Shown here: one piece after another, positions 13,326 to 24,539 of the stretch
Position numbering within the stretch: the first letter of the stretch is position 1
Layout of the letters: every line of letters starts with the position of its first letter
Assembly: GCF_009834535.1 (NCBI RefSeq)
Contig: NC_045696.1
Coordinates: forward strand, 77,068,001-77,132,000
Direction: 5' to 3'
Origin: Camelus ferus
Lineage: Eukaryota
Length of the DNA: 64,000 bases
Made by a program: the position numbers and the translations under genes
Notes under the pieces: model-generated
Database searches by the model: none
What the model saw: the letters and a program-made list of their open reading frames with translations, nothing else
What the model was told of the DNA's origin: nothing

Positions 13326-13491
13326 ATAGCTAATAACAATAAGCTATGAAACATTTTGGAGCACTTAGTGTATGCCTAGCACTGTCCTAAATACTTCATG
13401 TATATTTTAACTTTCACAACAACCCTATGAGGCAGATGCGGTTACTAGCTCCACTTTACAGATAAGGAAATCAAGACATATGGAGATTATG
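13326..13491 (-). mobile_element. MIR fragment inside the composite insertion
   Basis: CACAACAACCCTATGAGGCAGATGCGGTTACTAGCTCCACTTTACAGATAAGGAAATCAAG matches the reverse MIR core. Confidence 0.85.
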
Positions 13492-13500
13492 CTATATGCA

Positions 13501-13856
13501 TTTTTTTAACTTATAGGAGAGATTTATTTGAAGAAATACTACAACATATAAAAACTACATAAAGTTTAATTTCCACTCATGCAGTGGTAAATTTGATATA
13601 ATGCATAATAAAAAAATTTTGAAGTCCAAAGTGCGAAAAGTACTGCCCAGTTTGATCACTAAGTCAAATTAGTTGATAAGCAAACCTCACAGAACAGCTT
13701 CGTGTCAGCCAAGGCCACAAACATCGTGTACAACACATTTGAACTGACAGATCGACACATTAAAAATACAACAATATCAGTGCACGTTGAGGATCCCTGG
13801 TACCAGAAACAAGGGCAGTGGGAGGGCAAAACTCATTCTTGGTAGTCTCCTCCTTG
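13501..13856 (-). pseudogene. DNMT1: 5'-truncated processed (retro)copy of the DNMT1 mRNA 3' end: last ~8 codons, entire 3'UTR, short poly(A)
   Basis: The minus strand reads AAG GAG GAG ACT ACC AAG AAT GAG (KEETTKNE; cf. DNMT1 C-terminus KEEEAAKD*). It continues TTTTGCCCTCCC...GTTTCTGGTACCAGG...TGCACTGA...TTTGTGGCCTTGGCTGACACGAAGCTGTT...GCTTATCAACTAAT...TATGCATTATATCAAATTTACCACTGCATGAGTGGAAATTAA...TTTCTTCAAATAAATCTCTCCTATAA, collinear with the mammalian DNMT1 3'UTR as I recall it. AATAAA is at 13523-13528 (minus) and the A7 tail at 13501-13507. Confidence 0.88.
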
Positions 13857-13864
13857 CTGAAGTG

Positions 13865-13936
13865 ACTGAAGCTTGAGGACTGCTGTGCTGGTGGGTGAAA
13901 GAGAAGGGTTAAACTCACTCCCTCAGCTTCCACTTT
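13865..13936 (+). repeat. Right copy of the 72-bp direct repeat (putative long target-site duplication)
   Basis: ACTGAAGCTTGAGGACTGCTGTGCTGGTGGGTGAAAGAGAAGGGTTAAACTCACTCCCTCAGCTTCCACTTT, followed by AA (TTT/AA). Confidence 0.95.
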
Positions 13937-14500
13937 AAGGCATCTGTTGACTGTACTTCCTGCTGATCAGTGAAAGATGGAGTCTTTCTGTATTTTCACC
14001 CTTCTACTGGGAAGAGAGGGATTTAGACAGAATCCCCCTTTCCTTGAGGTCGTGCAAGGACACACGTGGCCTGAGAACATGAGAGTAAGCTATGCCTTGC
14101 AAGCCAGGTGATCTAAAGCCAACATTCTCCACACTGTTTCCTTTTGTTATTCCCCGACCTCCCATAAGTCTCATTTAAGTGTTCCAGATGCCTTAGCAGT
14201 GCAGGAGGAGCAAGGTATGGGCATCGTGATGGGGAATCCTCATTCCCTCTGAGGATAACTGCAGTGGAAATGAATGAGTCCCCAGGGGAGAAGGGGATCC
14301 AGGGGACAGCAGACCCATGTAGTCCAGGTGTCTGTCCAATAATTTTCCTTCCCTGTACTGACCATGAAGGATCTGTATTTATTAATTCTTTCTTTTTAGG
14401 CAAAATAGAGTTTCTTTTAAGAGGCAAGTCTGGGACAACGTATTCCCTGGTGCTCAGTCCGTGGAATCTCTTACCAGCCCATGGGAAACCATTATCTTTT

Positions 14501-14674
14501 TTTTTTTTAATTGAGGTACAGTCAGTTACAATGTGTCAATTTCTGGTGTACAGCACAATGTCCCAGTCATGCATATACATACATATATTCATTTTCATAT
14601 TCTTTTTCATTAAAGATTATTACAAGACTTTGAACATAGTTCCCTGTGCTATACAGAAGAAATCTGTGTTTTTT
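14501..14674 (-). mobile_element. Short young L1 3'-end insertion (camelid type) with an 11-bp TSD
   Basis: Poly(T), then AATTGAGGTACAGTCAGTTACAATGTGTCAATTTCTGGTGTACAGCAC...TGCTATACAGAAGAAA. TSD CATTATCTTTT at 14490-14500 and 14675-14685. Confidence 0.9.
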
Positions 14675-15589
14675 CATTATCTTTTATTATATGATGTGAG
14701 AGAAGTCATTTTTCATGTGTTCATATGTGTAAACATCTTATCACAAGAAATGGGAGGCCATTTTTTGGTGAGTTATTACTACTGTTTATCTTTCAGACAC
14801 CAATGGGAAATTTGATTCACATGAACTATAAAAGGAAGCAAAAGCCTCAAAATGGAATCCCAAAGACCTAGTGGTTTGCATTCAGTTGACTGAAATTGCT
14901 TTTAAAGAAACAACTCCTAATTGCCATTCTTCATCAAATTGTTCATTTTTATAAACTAAAGCTTTTAGACAGTGCATTAATGAAATCCAAATCAACCTAA
15001 CTGGGAACACAGGAAGCAATTAAAGTTTAGTAGGGAAGAAATGCAAGGAAATTACTGATGGTATAAGTTTGCTCTGACTTAAGGAGAAGTGCTTTCAAAT
15101 AATTGTAAGGCCTCCCAAGATAATAAACACCATCTTGCACAAATACAGTTGCTATGAAATTAACTTTCAAACCATTTAGATCCATCGTTGTCCTTTTATT
15201 CACATCCTCAAGGTGTTGGTCTAACAGAACACCAGAAAAAAATCACTCTGTTCCCCTTTTTAATGTTTATACGGTGTGAGCTAAGATTATGATAAAAAAA
15301 ATTGCAGTGGATACAGTAGGATCCTTGAACCATTTGCCGTTATTATTTTATGCAGTCAGTAAAGACCAGAGTGTGAGCAATTATCAATGAGTTCAGGTTT
15401 CGCCTGGCATGGAGTGAGTACAGGAGAACACAAACAGAAACATCCAGTAGTGTCACAGCCCCCTTCCTGCTACCTCTGCATTAACCTTTCTGCCTGATCA
15501 GAAATCATAAACGTGCCTTAAAACTTACTTTAAATGTAGCTTCTTTCTCAAATATTTTTATTCTCTTTTTATCAGGTCGATCTGTTTAT

Positions 15590-15693
15590 TCTTTTTTTTT
15601 TTTTTTCCTTTTTTTAAATCTTTTTTTGGGGGGAGAGGTAATTAGGTTTATTTATTTATTTTTAATGGCGATACTGGGGATTGAACTCAGAAC
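15590..15693 (-). mobile_element. Partial Vic-1-like tRNA-derived SINE (3' half)
   Basis: Poly(T)-GGGGGGAGAGGTAATTAGGTTTATTTATTTATT...ATACTGGGGATTGAAC is the reverse complement of the 3' half of the SINE at 20591. Confidence 0.8.
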
Positions 15694-16317
15694 ACATCTG
15701 TCTCCTATAAACATTTTATACTTGTCTCATTACACTTACTGGAATAAATGTAATACTGTACGCATTTGTATGCATATCTTATCCGAAACTATTTTCCTAG
15801 TCCCTCATGGTGAATGCCATGCCCTACCCACTTCTGTACCCCATCATGCTACTTAGCACTTACCGCTTAATAAATGGTGAACCCATGAATAAGAACACTG
15901 AGAATGAATCAAGCTTGAGTTCCAGTCTGCTTACAGGTTTGTGTCCCAAGTGGGATGACATATCTGGTGATCTGATGAGACGGACTTGTCAGAGGTCCAT
16001 TTACAGGAAGATCAAGGAGCCTCTTGGCAGAGACCTGATCATAAGGAAGGAAAGAAGCTGGCATGAGAAGCTCATTGAGAAGAAGACTTTAGTGATTGAG
16101 GGAGTGAGCTGGTGGTGAGGAGAGCATGGGGTTCGACACTATCCCAGTGCCACCTCTTACTGGACTCAAGTGTGACTCTCACTTGAATAAATATAAAAGG
16201 GCTCTTTCCCTGAAAACTCTTGAAGCACTGGGGCATCAGGCTTACTACCTGATACCCTGTAAAATGTTGAAGATCACAGGCGGGAGAGGCATTGTTCTTC
16301 CTCCCTGCACAATAGAG

Positions 16318-16569
16318 CAGCGATGGGCAAAGTGCAGTCCGTGGACTGGAGCCAGTTTATAAATCGGTCTGTGATGAGATCAGGAGCTTGAATCATAACC
16401 TAAATCGACCATGTCAATGAGCACACTGTTTAGTTTAGCTGACATTTTTCTTTTGATGATAGTTACATGTTCTTGATGAAGGAGCAAGGATGTTCATTTG
16501 CATTCTGGCAGGACCTCCTTATTCTTCATAACCAACAGTTTGTGGACTGGCTCTTTTGAGAAACACTGT
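16318..16569. mobile_element. Palindromic hAT-Charlie non-autonomous element
   Basis: CAG...CAAAGTGCAGTCCGTGGACTGG...GCACACTGTTTAGTTTAGCTGAC...GTGGACTGG...TTTGAGAAACACTG; Charlie-type termini. Confidence 0.6.
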
Positions 16570-17424
16570 AATAGAAAGCCATGTTGCTTTGATATCTCCT
16601 GGGTCCCAGAGCACCACTTATGGTGGGAGAAGATACTAGTAGCTGTACTCATGAGGGGATTTACATGGGAGGAAAGGGCATGGTGGTTCCCAGCAAGAAC
16701 TGTGGTACCCAGTGGAGCAGCAGAGGCATCAGGTGAGTTTGGACTGGTTTGTGAGCACATGTGAAACATCTCCTGGGGCCCCTCTAATGTATTTGAGGAG
16801 TCATTTGTAGCAATATGAAGTTATATATGAGGAGATGGGAGCAAGAACCAATGGAATGTGTGTTAGCACTTTGGCTTCTTACGATCTTTTGTGACAGAGC
16901 TTCTAAGGTTGACTTTTTCTCCAGGGGTTCCTCATCTTCCCCTGGTAGCATAGCACCAAGGAATGCCCAGAGGGTGCACTTGCAGAGATTGAGGAAGGTT
17001 TTTAGAATAGGGTGATGACAAAAAATATGAGTGAAGATAGGAGCAGTAAGTAAGAGTAGCTAATAGAGTAAATGAATGGAAGTGGAAATGTGAGAGAAAT
17101 CTTGTACATTAGCATGAAAAATAAAAATTGAATTAAATCTATAATTACCAGCCATTAGTTTTTGTGTGTACTTTTGCAACTCAAGAGTATTTGGCACATA
17201 GTAAGTACTTAGTAATACTTAATAAATGTAATGAAATGACCACACAAATGGATTTGGATAGTTGAGTTTGGATAGACAAAAGGGATTAAGTAATCCTTGC
17301 AGATAATCATGGTTATTTATCTAGACTGTTAAGTTAGAGCTTGGCATTTATTGCATCTGAATAAGAGTACTTGATTGCTGTTTTTGTAGTGACCCCAGAA
17401 ATAGTCAAATACTGGAAACCCAAG

Positions 17425-17535
17425 AGTTGAATCATGGTGGGACCTCAGAGACCCATTTAGTTTAATCCTTTCATCTACAGAGGAAGAAAGTGAAGTCCAG
17501 AGTGGCAAAACGGACTCACTCCAAATCATGCTATT
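17425..17535 (-). mobile_element. MIR3/MIRc fragment
   Basis: GGGACCTCAGAGACCCATTTAG...CATCTACAGAGGAAGAAAGTGAAGTCCAGAG. Confidence 0.65.
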
Positions 17536-18949
17536 GATTCTTTCCCTGTTAGGCTACTCATTTTCTGTAAACAGTTGCTGATAAAAGATAATCCAGTATC
17601 CCTCACAGGCACTTTGCTGAAAAGCTATGTACAAAGTGATTATCCATGCACCATTCAAAATGTCTGGCTCCAGTAAAATTGCCACGTTCCTTTATTTAGT
17701 TCCAAATCCACTCTTAATTTACTTGGTGTATCCCTAAAGAACTGACAACAGGCTCAGTACAGTTTTACAGTTGGACGATTTACCAATTGACTCCTTCCAT
17801 CCTCTTTTTACAAATTGAATTAGCAAATGTTTTCTGACTGACTCACCATTAGGCTCTAGGAGTCTTTTTGCAAACTCTTTACCATCTGGGAAACAACTAC
17901 GGCGTCACAAACACACCTCACTATCTGATTTCCATGCTGGTATAGGTTCCAGAGTTGAGACACATTCAGCCCTAAGACGGAATCCATCCTCTGCTTCTGT
18001 CAGGATGCCGTTAACTCATCTTTCTTTTGTATCTCCTCTCAATAGCGCTTCAAGTACCTGGCTTCAGGGTGGGTTTATGAGGAAAGCACTGAGAGCAATT
18101 AACATTTGAATGAAAGCTACCTGTGGATTCTCCTATTTAACAGCTGTTAAATGGAATTACTTGTCTGCTTCCGATGGGCTGTGTGTACCCAGATGGGAAT
18201 TATAGTGCATGCATACAAGTGGGGATTAAGTAAATTGGATAGCATAAATCAAACTGCAATTTTGGAATCCAGGCAGTAATCCCAATGACTCCTGAGGAAA
18301 AACAAAACCCGTGGTAATGGATCAATGTATAATATATCAGGAATATTCCAGGATATTTCAGCTCTACACCTTAAACCAAGAATTGACTGAGATTGGCTGG
18401 ATCATCTAAAAACCAAAAGCACAGAAGCAACAATATCTTTCCTTGTGAGCTAATGTTAATTTCCAGGTTTCAAATTTGCCTTTCAATTAAATACTCTCTC
18501 AGATGGCTTACCTCACGTTGACGATTTTGGCCAAACCAGGGGTTTTGCCAGACATGCAAGATTTTGTGCTTTCCTGTTATTCTTTACAGCTCTTGTGCTG
18601 AATGGACCCTAACGCTGGGTTGTAAATGGCCAGAGTGAAGAACAAATTAATACATCAGAGAGACTGTGCTGACTGAACCAATAAGAAAAGTTGTGGCAAT
18701 TACTCATTGAACATAAGTGATTTAGAAACCAAATTACCCATATCTCAGAGTGAAAATCTGTGCTTCTAAAATCCTGCCTATATTAATCCAAACCATACAG
18801 ATGATGTCAAAACATACGTTTCACCAGTGATTTGTATGGGCCCACAAAACACTTAGAATTTGAATTGTCTGGAGATAATGATGCTCAAAATAAATCAAAT
18901 GCTAAAACTGAAATCTTTAGGATCATATTTTAGCCCTTTACGAAAAAGT

Positions 18950-19140
18950 GCTTCAGTGTCTTGTCTTTTAATCCTTGCAGCAACCCACAGGATGCTGCTA
19001 GTGACAAACACTTGTCTACTTGCAGAGGCTGAAACAGAGAAGGTGTGTAGCTTGCACAAGGCCACAGAGCTAATAGGTGGGTGGAGCTAGTATTTACAGC
19101 AGGTGATGGAACTCTCCAGCCCTAGTTCTCAATCTTTCTA
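18950..19140 (-). mobile_element. MIR
   Basis: TAATCCTTGCAGCAACCCAC...GCTTGCACAAGGCCACAGAGCTAATAGGTGGGTGGAGCTAG. Confidence 0.7.
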
Positions 19141-20590
19141 TCCTGCATTGCAGTTACATTTTCTCGCTGTGGTTTTTCTTTTCTTGCAGAGAAAACATTT
19201 GCGAAACTGACAACCGGAAGGGAAACAGAAATGTACATATATACACCTCATTCGTTGCTTAGTGGTTACATTCTGTGGCTTCATGTCAGTGGCCTATGGT
19301 AATCGTGGTAAGAGTTGTGAAAAGCCTGTCTCCATCTGAGCCCTCGGTGGTCCACTGGGCTCACCCTCCTCCTTTTAGGTCTTTTGTTCTGCCTTGGTTT
19401 ACATTTCTGCTGATCCCTTTAATTGTGGTGTTTGGGTTATGGAGGGTTATTTTCAAGACTTCACTAACTGAGAATTAATACCCTTTGGGGGGAAAAAATC
19501 TTTTTCTTCCTTTTTTTCTCTGAAAATATCAAACAGAACGCCTACCCCCATCTGCAGCTCTCATATGTGAATGGCACGAGTTCTATTTAGCAAGATGTAC
19601 ATTATGCAGATCATCCAGTCTTACATTTGCCATTAAGAGTTTTATTTACTTTTTCATTTTACAGTTAAAAAAAAAATCAAGTAGCTATTCATCATTATCT
19701 GGGCATTGAAAAATACTAATGCATTCTTATTACAGTTACCAATATATAAATTATAGATGAAAGAAGTGTAGTTTTTATATTTTATTAGTACTGAAACTTA
19801 TTTTTGTTTTATTCTGGCATAAAAAAAATCCATAAATAAAGCATAAGTAGCAGCTCCTTTGATTTAATTAAAACTACAATTTGTACACAAAACCAATCCA
19901 AAGCCAAGCCACATAACTAGACTGTAACAAACATCCACTTGTGGAGTTAATGCAATGATATTAATGGGATGTTTTGCCCATACTATTATTTAGAAAATTT
20001 CATTCCTGTCACATCTAACCTTCAGTTTAACTAATACTAAGTGAATAATGAATAGTGAGAGTGAAGACATTTCTTTATTTAAAATGCAAAATACCTATTA
20101 ATAAATAAAAGTAGAACATTAGGTGTGAAGCAGTAAAACATTAAATTAAGTTATTAGCCGTATGCTTCTGTTTATTAATTTCCACAGCAACTAACCAGAA
20201 GCTGAATAATTTACCCCAAGAATAATGTCACAGGCTTCCTGTGGGCAAAGCCGGAAAACTTGTTCCTACTGGATGTCTGCCAATGGCATTAGCTGTCAGA
20301 AAAGGCAAAAGAAATTGATGAGACTGAATTCTGCAGTTCATTATGTTTAACAGGAGAAGAAAAGAAAACCTACCTCTCTCTAACCCTTTGGTCAGATCAT
20401 CAAGTTTTTATAATAATTCTTGGAACATATAAACTGACTCAGATTAATTTTTAATTAAATTAGAACAAATCGTAGTTGTAAAGCAATTTAGAGATTCTAA
20501 AATGTTTACAGGTAAATTAATGTATCCATTTTCAAAACAATCATTTGAGGGAGGAAGGGCCTGTGTTATTCCATTTTACAGAATGGGAAG

Positions 20591-20724
20591 GGAGAGGATA
20601 TAGCTCTGGGGTAAAGTGTGTGCTTGGCATGTACAAGGTCACGGGTTCAATCCCAAGTACCTCCATCTAAATAAATAAATAAAAAAGCTGATTACCTCCC
20701 CTCTCAAAAAAAACCAAAAATCAA
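20591..20724 (+). mobile_element. Full-length Vic-1-like tRNA-derived SINE inserted in a MIR, with a 16-bp TSD
   Basis: A-box-like TAGCTCTGGGG, B box GGTTCAATCCC, (TAAA)n, ATTACCTCCCC and an A-rich tail. TSD TTTACAGAATGGGAAG at 20575-20590 and 20725-20740. Confidence 0.9.
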
Positions 20725-21269
20725 TTTACAGAATGGGAAGTAGAAGCTTAGAGATACTCACTGATGTTCCCACAGTGGTGTGGTTGGGAAGTAACTGAGG
20801 TCGGCTTTGATTCATTAACTACCATTCAGAGAGTATAGTTATCAGCTTGAGATGAAAATCCTCACCAAATGCTTTTGGAAAGTGAAAAGAAGGGTTATGT
20901 TTGGGAAAACAAGGGAAAGAAGTGATCAGGGCCTATGTGGAGAGAGCCACAGCTATTTAGCAACTTAAAAATGCTTGTTGATGGGAAGATTCGAGGTGGA
21001 GCTCTACCACTTGTTAAGCTCTGTTGTAACAGCAGAGGGAGGAAGAATCTGAACACTCATCACCACTCCCAGAGGAAGAAAGTGGGTGGACCTGCTCGGG
21101 GAGTGGGCTAATGCTTCTAGGGGTGCTGACCACCCAGGTTCCTACTCTTGATCCCATGTAAGGGACAGAGTCAATTGTTTGATGCCTGTTTGGTCTAAAA
21201 ACCCAGGTAGGGGGTGACTTTGTTCTTCTCTCACTAAGTGACATCACTAAGATAGATTGAGTCACCGCA

Positions 21270-21706
21270 GTTCGGCTTTTCCGTATTATAATTATGCCCC
21301 CATGTTCTTTTCCATGTGACTTTGTGGTGCGACCTACGACAGTGGGTGGAATATATTTCCCTGCCCGATCAGTGCTGAGCTTGGCCACGTGATTGGTGAA
21401 GGCCAGTGGGAGGTTGGTGAAGTGAAAGTGGCCGGTTTGGGGCCGTGGCTTTGAGGGGTAACCTCTGCTTCTTCTCATCCTCTTGAGGTCTTGACCAGTT
21501 GCCATAAGAAAAGCTAATAGGTAGATACTGGTCCAAGGAGAACGAGAGACACAGGGAGTGTACCTGAACTTAACCTGCTGCCTGGAGCTCAGCCCACCCG
21601 GTTAGAGTCAACTGATGAAACCTCGGAAAAATAAATGCTCACTGTAGGCCGCTGAGTTTAGGGTGGTTAGTTTTGTTGTATGACTGCAATAATGCTAACC
21701 ATTGTA
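21270..21706 (+). mobile_element. MaLR solo LTR (MLT1H/I-like)
   Basis: CCATGTGACTTTGTGG...GCTTGGCCACGTGATTGG...AAATAAATGCT...GCTGAGTTTAGGGTGGTT...GCAATAATGCTAAC. Confidence 0.75.
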
Positions 21707-21957
21707 ACGTCTAGAATTCCAAGCCAGAAACCTGGGCGTCGTAACTGTTGAGTTTTGTTTTAAGGAAAACTAGATTATGGCTTTGAAAAAAATATATGAT
21801 TATTATAAAGAATTTATACAATAAGATAATAAATGAAAGTAAAAAATATTTTAAAAAAGAGATAGAAAAAAAAGCATAAGATGCGAATCTCCTACCCCGT
21901 GAGAAATAACCATCTTCAACAAGGTGAACATCATAGCAGACATTCATCTTTTTTCCC

Positions 21958-22360
21958 ATAAACGTTTTATTTTAGAAGTTTTAGAGTCACAGGAAGAAAA
22001 TTTCAGACAGTACAGAGAGGTCCTGTATCCTCCTCACCCAGATTCCTCTGTTGTTAAAATCTTACATTACAATGGTACATTTGTCACAACTAAAGAACCA
22101 ACATTAGTATATGACTAATAACTACACTCTACAGCTTATCCAGAATTCACTATTCTTTTCTTCATGTCCGTTGTCAGTTGAAGGGTCCCATCCTGGATAT
22201 CACATTACATTTGGTTATCCTTAGCCTCCTCTGGTCTGTGACAGTTTCTCACTTTCCTGGTTTTTTTTAACCTTAACAGTTCTGAGGTTTATTGATCAGA
22301 TATTTTGTAGAATATTCTTCAATTGGGATTGCCTGATCTTTTCTCAAAATTATGGGTTTT
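21958..22360 (-). mobile_element. Old L1 3' end (L1MC-like)
   Basis: TTTTATTTTAGAAGTTTTAGA...CTTACATTACAATGGTACATTTGTCACAACTAAAGAACCAACATT...GATATTTTGTAGAAT. Confidence 0.8.
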
Positions 22361-23019
22361 GTCTGTCCTGTATCATTACTATATGGTGGTGAGTTATGTG
22401 GGTTCATAATAATTTTGAAATCGGAAAACATTCCTGTTTTGTGAATCATATTTCCCTTATGATAGTAATAGTAGGTTTTGAACATTTTCTTCTTTGTATA
22501 ATCTGGCTCGTCCGGGTTTTGTTTATTTTCCTGCTATTTTTCTCTCACAAAAGCAGCTTTCTTCAGTTCTCTATTAATCCTCAGTTGTCTGCTCAGGTTT
22601 AAACGTGAAGATTACTAATCTGCTCAGAAGCTCTAAATAGGTAGCTGAGGTTTGTGGACTTTGAGCTTCACTGGAGGGTGATGTTTCATCCATAGTCACT
22701 GTTGGGGGTGGTTAGGGAATAATTTATAAAATCCCAGACATCCTTCAAAAATGTCTCCTTTTCATATTGGGAAATCTGCCTCTGATCTTCTAAGTGAAAA
22801 AGCAGAGAGGGCGGGGCGGTGTGGGGGGGATGGTGTGCTGTCGTGACTCATTTGAGATCTCAGATTATAGAAAAAAATGCATTCCTATTTAAAGAATCAT
22901 TAGGAATAATTCAGACAACAGGGAAAATTTAAAATTTTCTTTCTTTTGCCTCAAGCATTCAAATGATGGTTCACTTGTTGTTTCCGATCTTTCTGGAACA
23001 GTGTGTTCTTTTACTCTCT

Positions 23020-23200
23020 AACATTGGACTACCAATGTTTAAATTCTGGCCCTGCCCCTTCCTTTGTGACCCGGGACAAATTATTTCTCACTCTGTGCTT
23101 CAGTTTTGACATCTGAAAACGGGGGTAATAACAGCATTTATTTCATACCGAGGTAGTATATTTAGAATACCTAGATATTACCTGAGGGAGCTGGTTCTAC
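23020..23200 (+). mobile_element. MIR
   Basis: GTGACCCGGGACAAATTATTTCTCACTCTGTGCTTCAGTTTTGACATCTGAAAACGGGGGTAATAACAG. Confidence 0.8.
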
Positions 23201-24539
23201 GTATTTTTGTTTATTTTTTCGTTTCTTCTCCTTCTCTTCTCTTCTTCCTTTCTGCAAAACTGTCTTGTGTTACATTTTAAGATGTCTTCTCTGTGCCACT
23301 TGTGGCGTTTCCTGTTTAGAGTTACCAACAATACCCATGCTGGAGAATCTTTGTTCTTCAAGTTTATTAGTTTCACTTTGATCGCTTTAAATGCCGTCTT
23401 TCACATCTGTGTTTGCCATGTGTTTACATCAAGACGTGTCTCTAAGTCAGTTAATTGACTTTTCTCTTCCTTGCTGTTTCAAATGTAGTTAGTTATTTGT
23501 TTTCCTGTAAACAAGTAATTTTATTTCTGAAGGACTGCAACTTCCCCGTGCATGTCCTTCTGTTTACAACTGTACCCTGAGTGGTGATCTGATAGAAATG
23601 TTTATTGTTGTGTGGCTCAAAGTCCTTTCAAGGAATCTCTTTTGTTCTGAGGGTTATATATATTTTTTTGAGTTCTGTGGTTTTGTTTTAGGCTTAAAAA
23701 ATTTTTTTTCCAAGTTCTGTCTTTTTGTTTCTTTGCTCCAGTCCATTTGCAAGTGTGCTGCTCCATATTTTGCATCCTCCACGGCTCTTTCCAGGTCTTT
23801 CCTTGGCTGTGTTACTGGTTAGGGAGGTTCTTGACTGACTATCTCACTATGTATAAAACGTGTACCCATCATCACATAACCAAGAAGCTCCAGTGAGTGC
23901 GGGGTGTTTGTGTTCTGTCCACACCTGAGGGCACGAGGACAGGCTCAGGGCCTTGGGGGCCTGCAAAGCTGTGCTTAGTTCAAATAACCCAGGTCTGGGA
24001 TGCTGCCTGCGGTTTCTTAAATGTGCTCTTCAGGGCTCTGTGGTACTTTGTCGAGAGGCATGTTCTATGTCTGTGGAGGCCCCTCAGCATTCACTTCAGA
24101 TTACTCACTGGGTGGCCTCCTTCCGGAGCTGGAGACAATGGTGAGAATTATCATTATTGATCCTACCTCTCTGACTGGCATGTGTCAGAGTCTGGGGTCA
24201 GGATAGGAGCCTTTCTGGGTTTGCCTCTTTGTTCTACTGCAGGCATTTTGGTTTTTCTCTCTGCTTTTGGAGTTTTATAGTATTGGACTATTCTCCTTCC
24301 CTTGCCTGCTATTTATGTATATGCATTTGTGTATTTCCACATATATTGAAATATACTTGGACACAACATATAATCATACTGTATGTACATATAGTGAGAG
24401 AGAGAGAAAGTGCAGGTGACAATATGAAATGAGTTTTACTCATCTGCTTCAATTTGTTAGGTATTTGGAAATGGAGATTCTGTGAAGTCATTTGACCCAA
24501 CCATTTAAGTCAGAAGTCTTTATGGGCAATATTTTTGAC

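Noticed and set aside
14264..14815. Longest ORF in the track (183 aa)
   Set aside because: It runs through a poly(T) tail and an antisense L1 3'UTR insertion, has no recognisable domain and does not start at ATG.
20591..20665. tRNA-like sequence
   Set aside because: It is the head of a SINE with an A-rich tail and TSD, not a tRNA gene.
21014..21505. 163-aa minus-strand ORF
   Set aside because: About half of it lies in an MLT1 LTR; no homology recognised.
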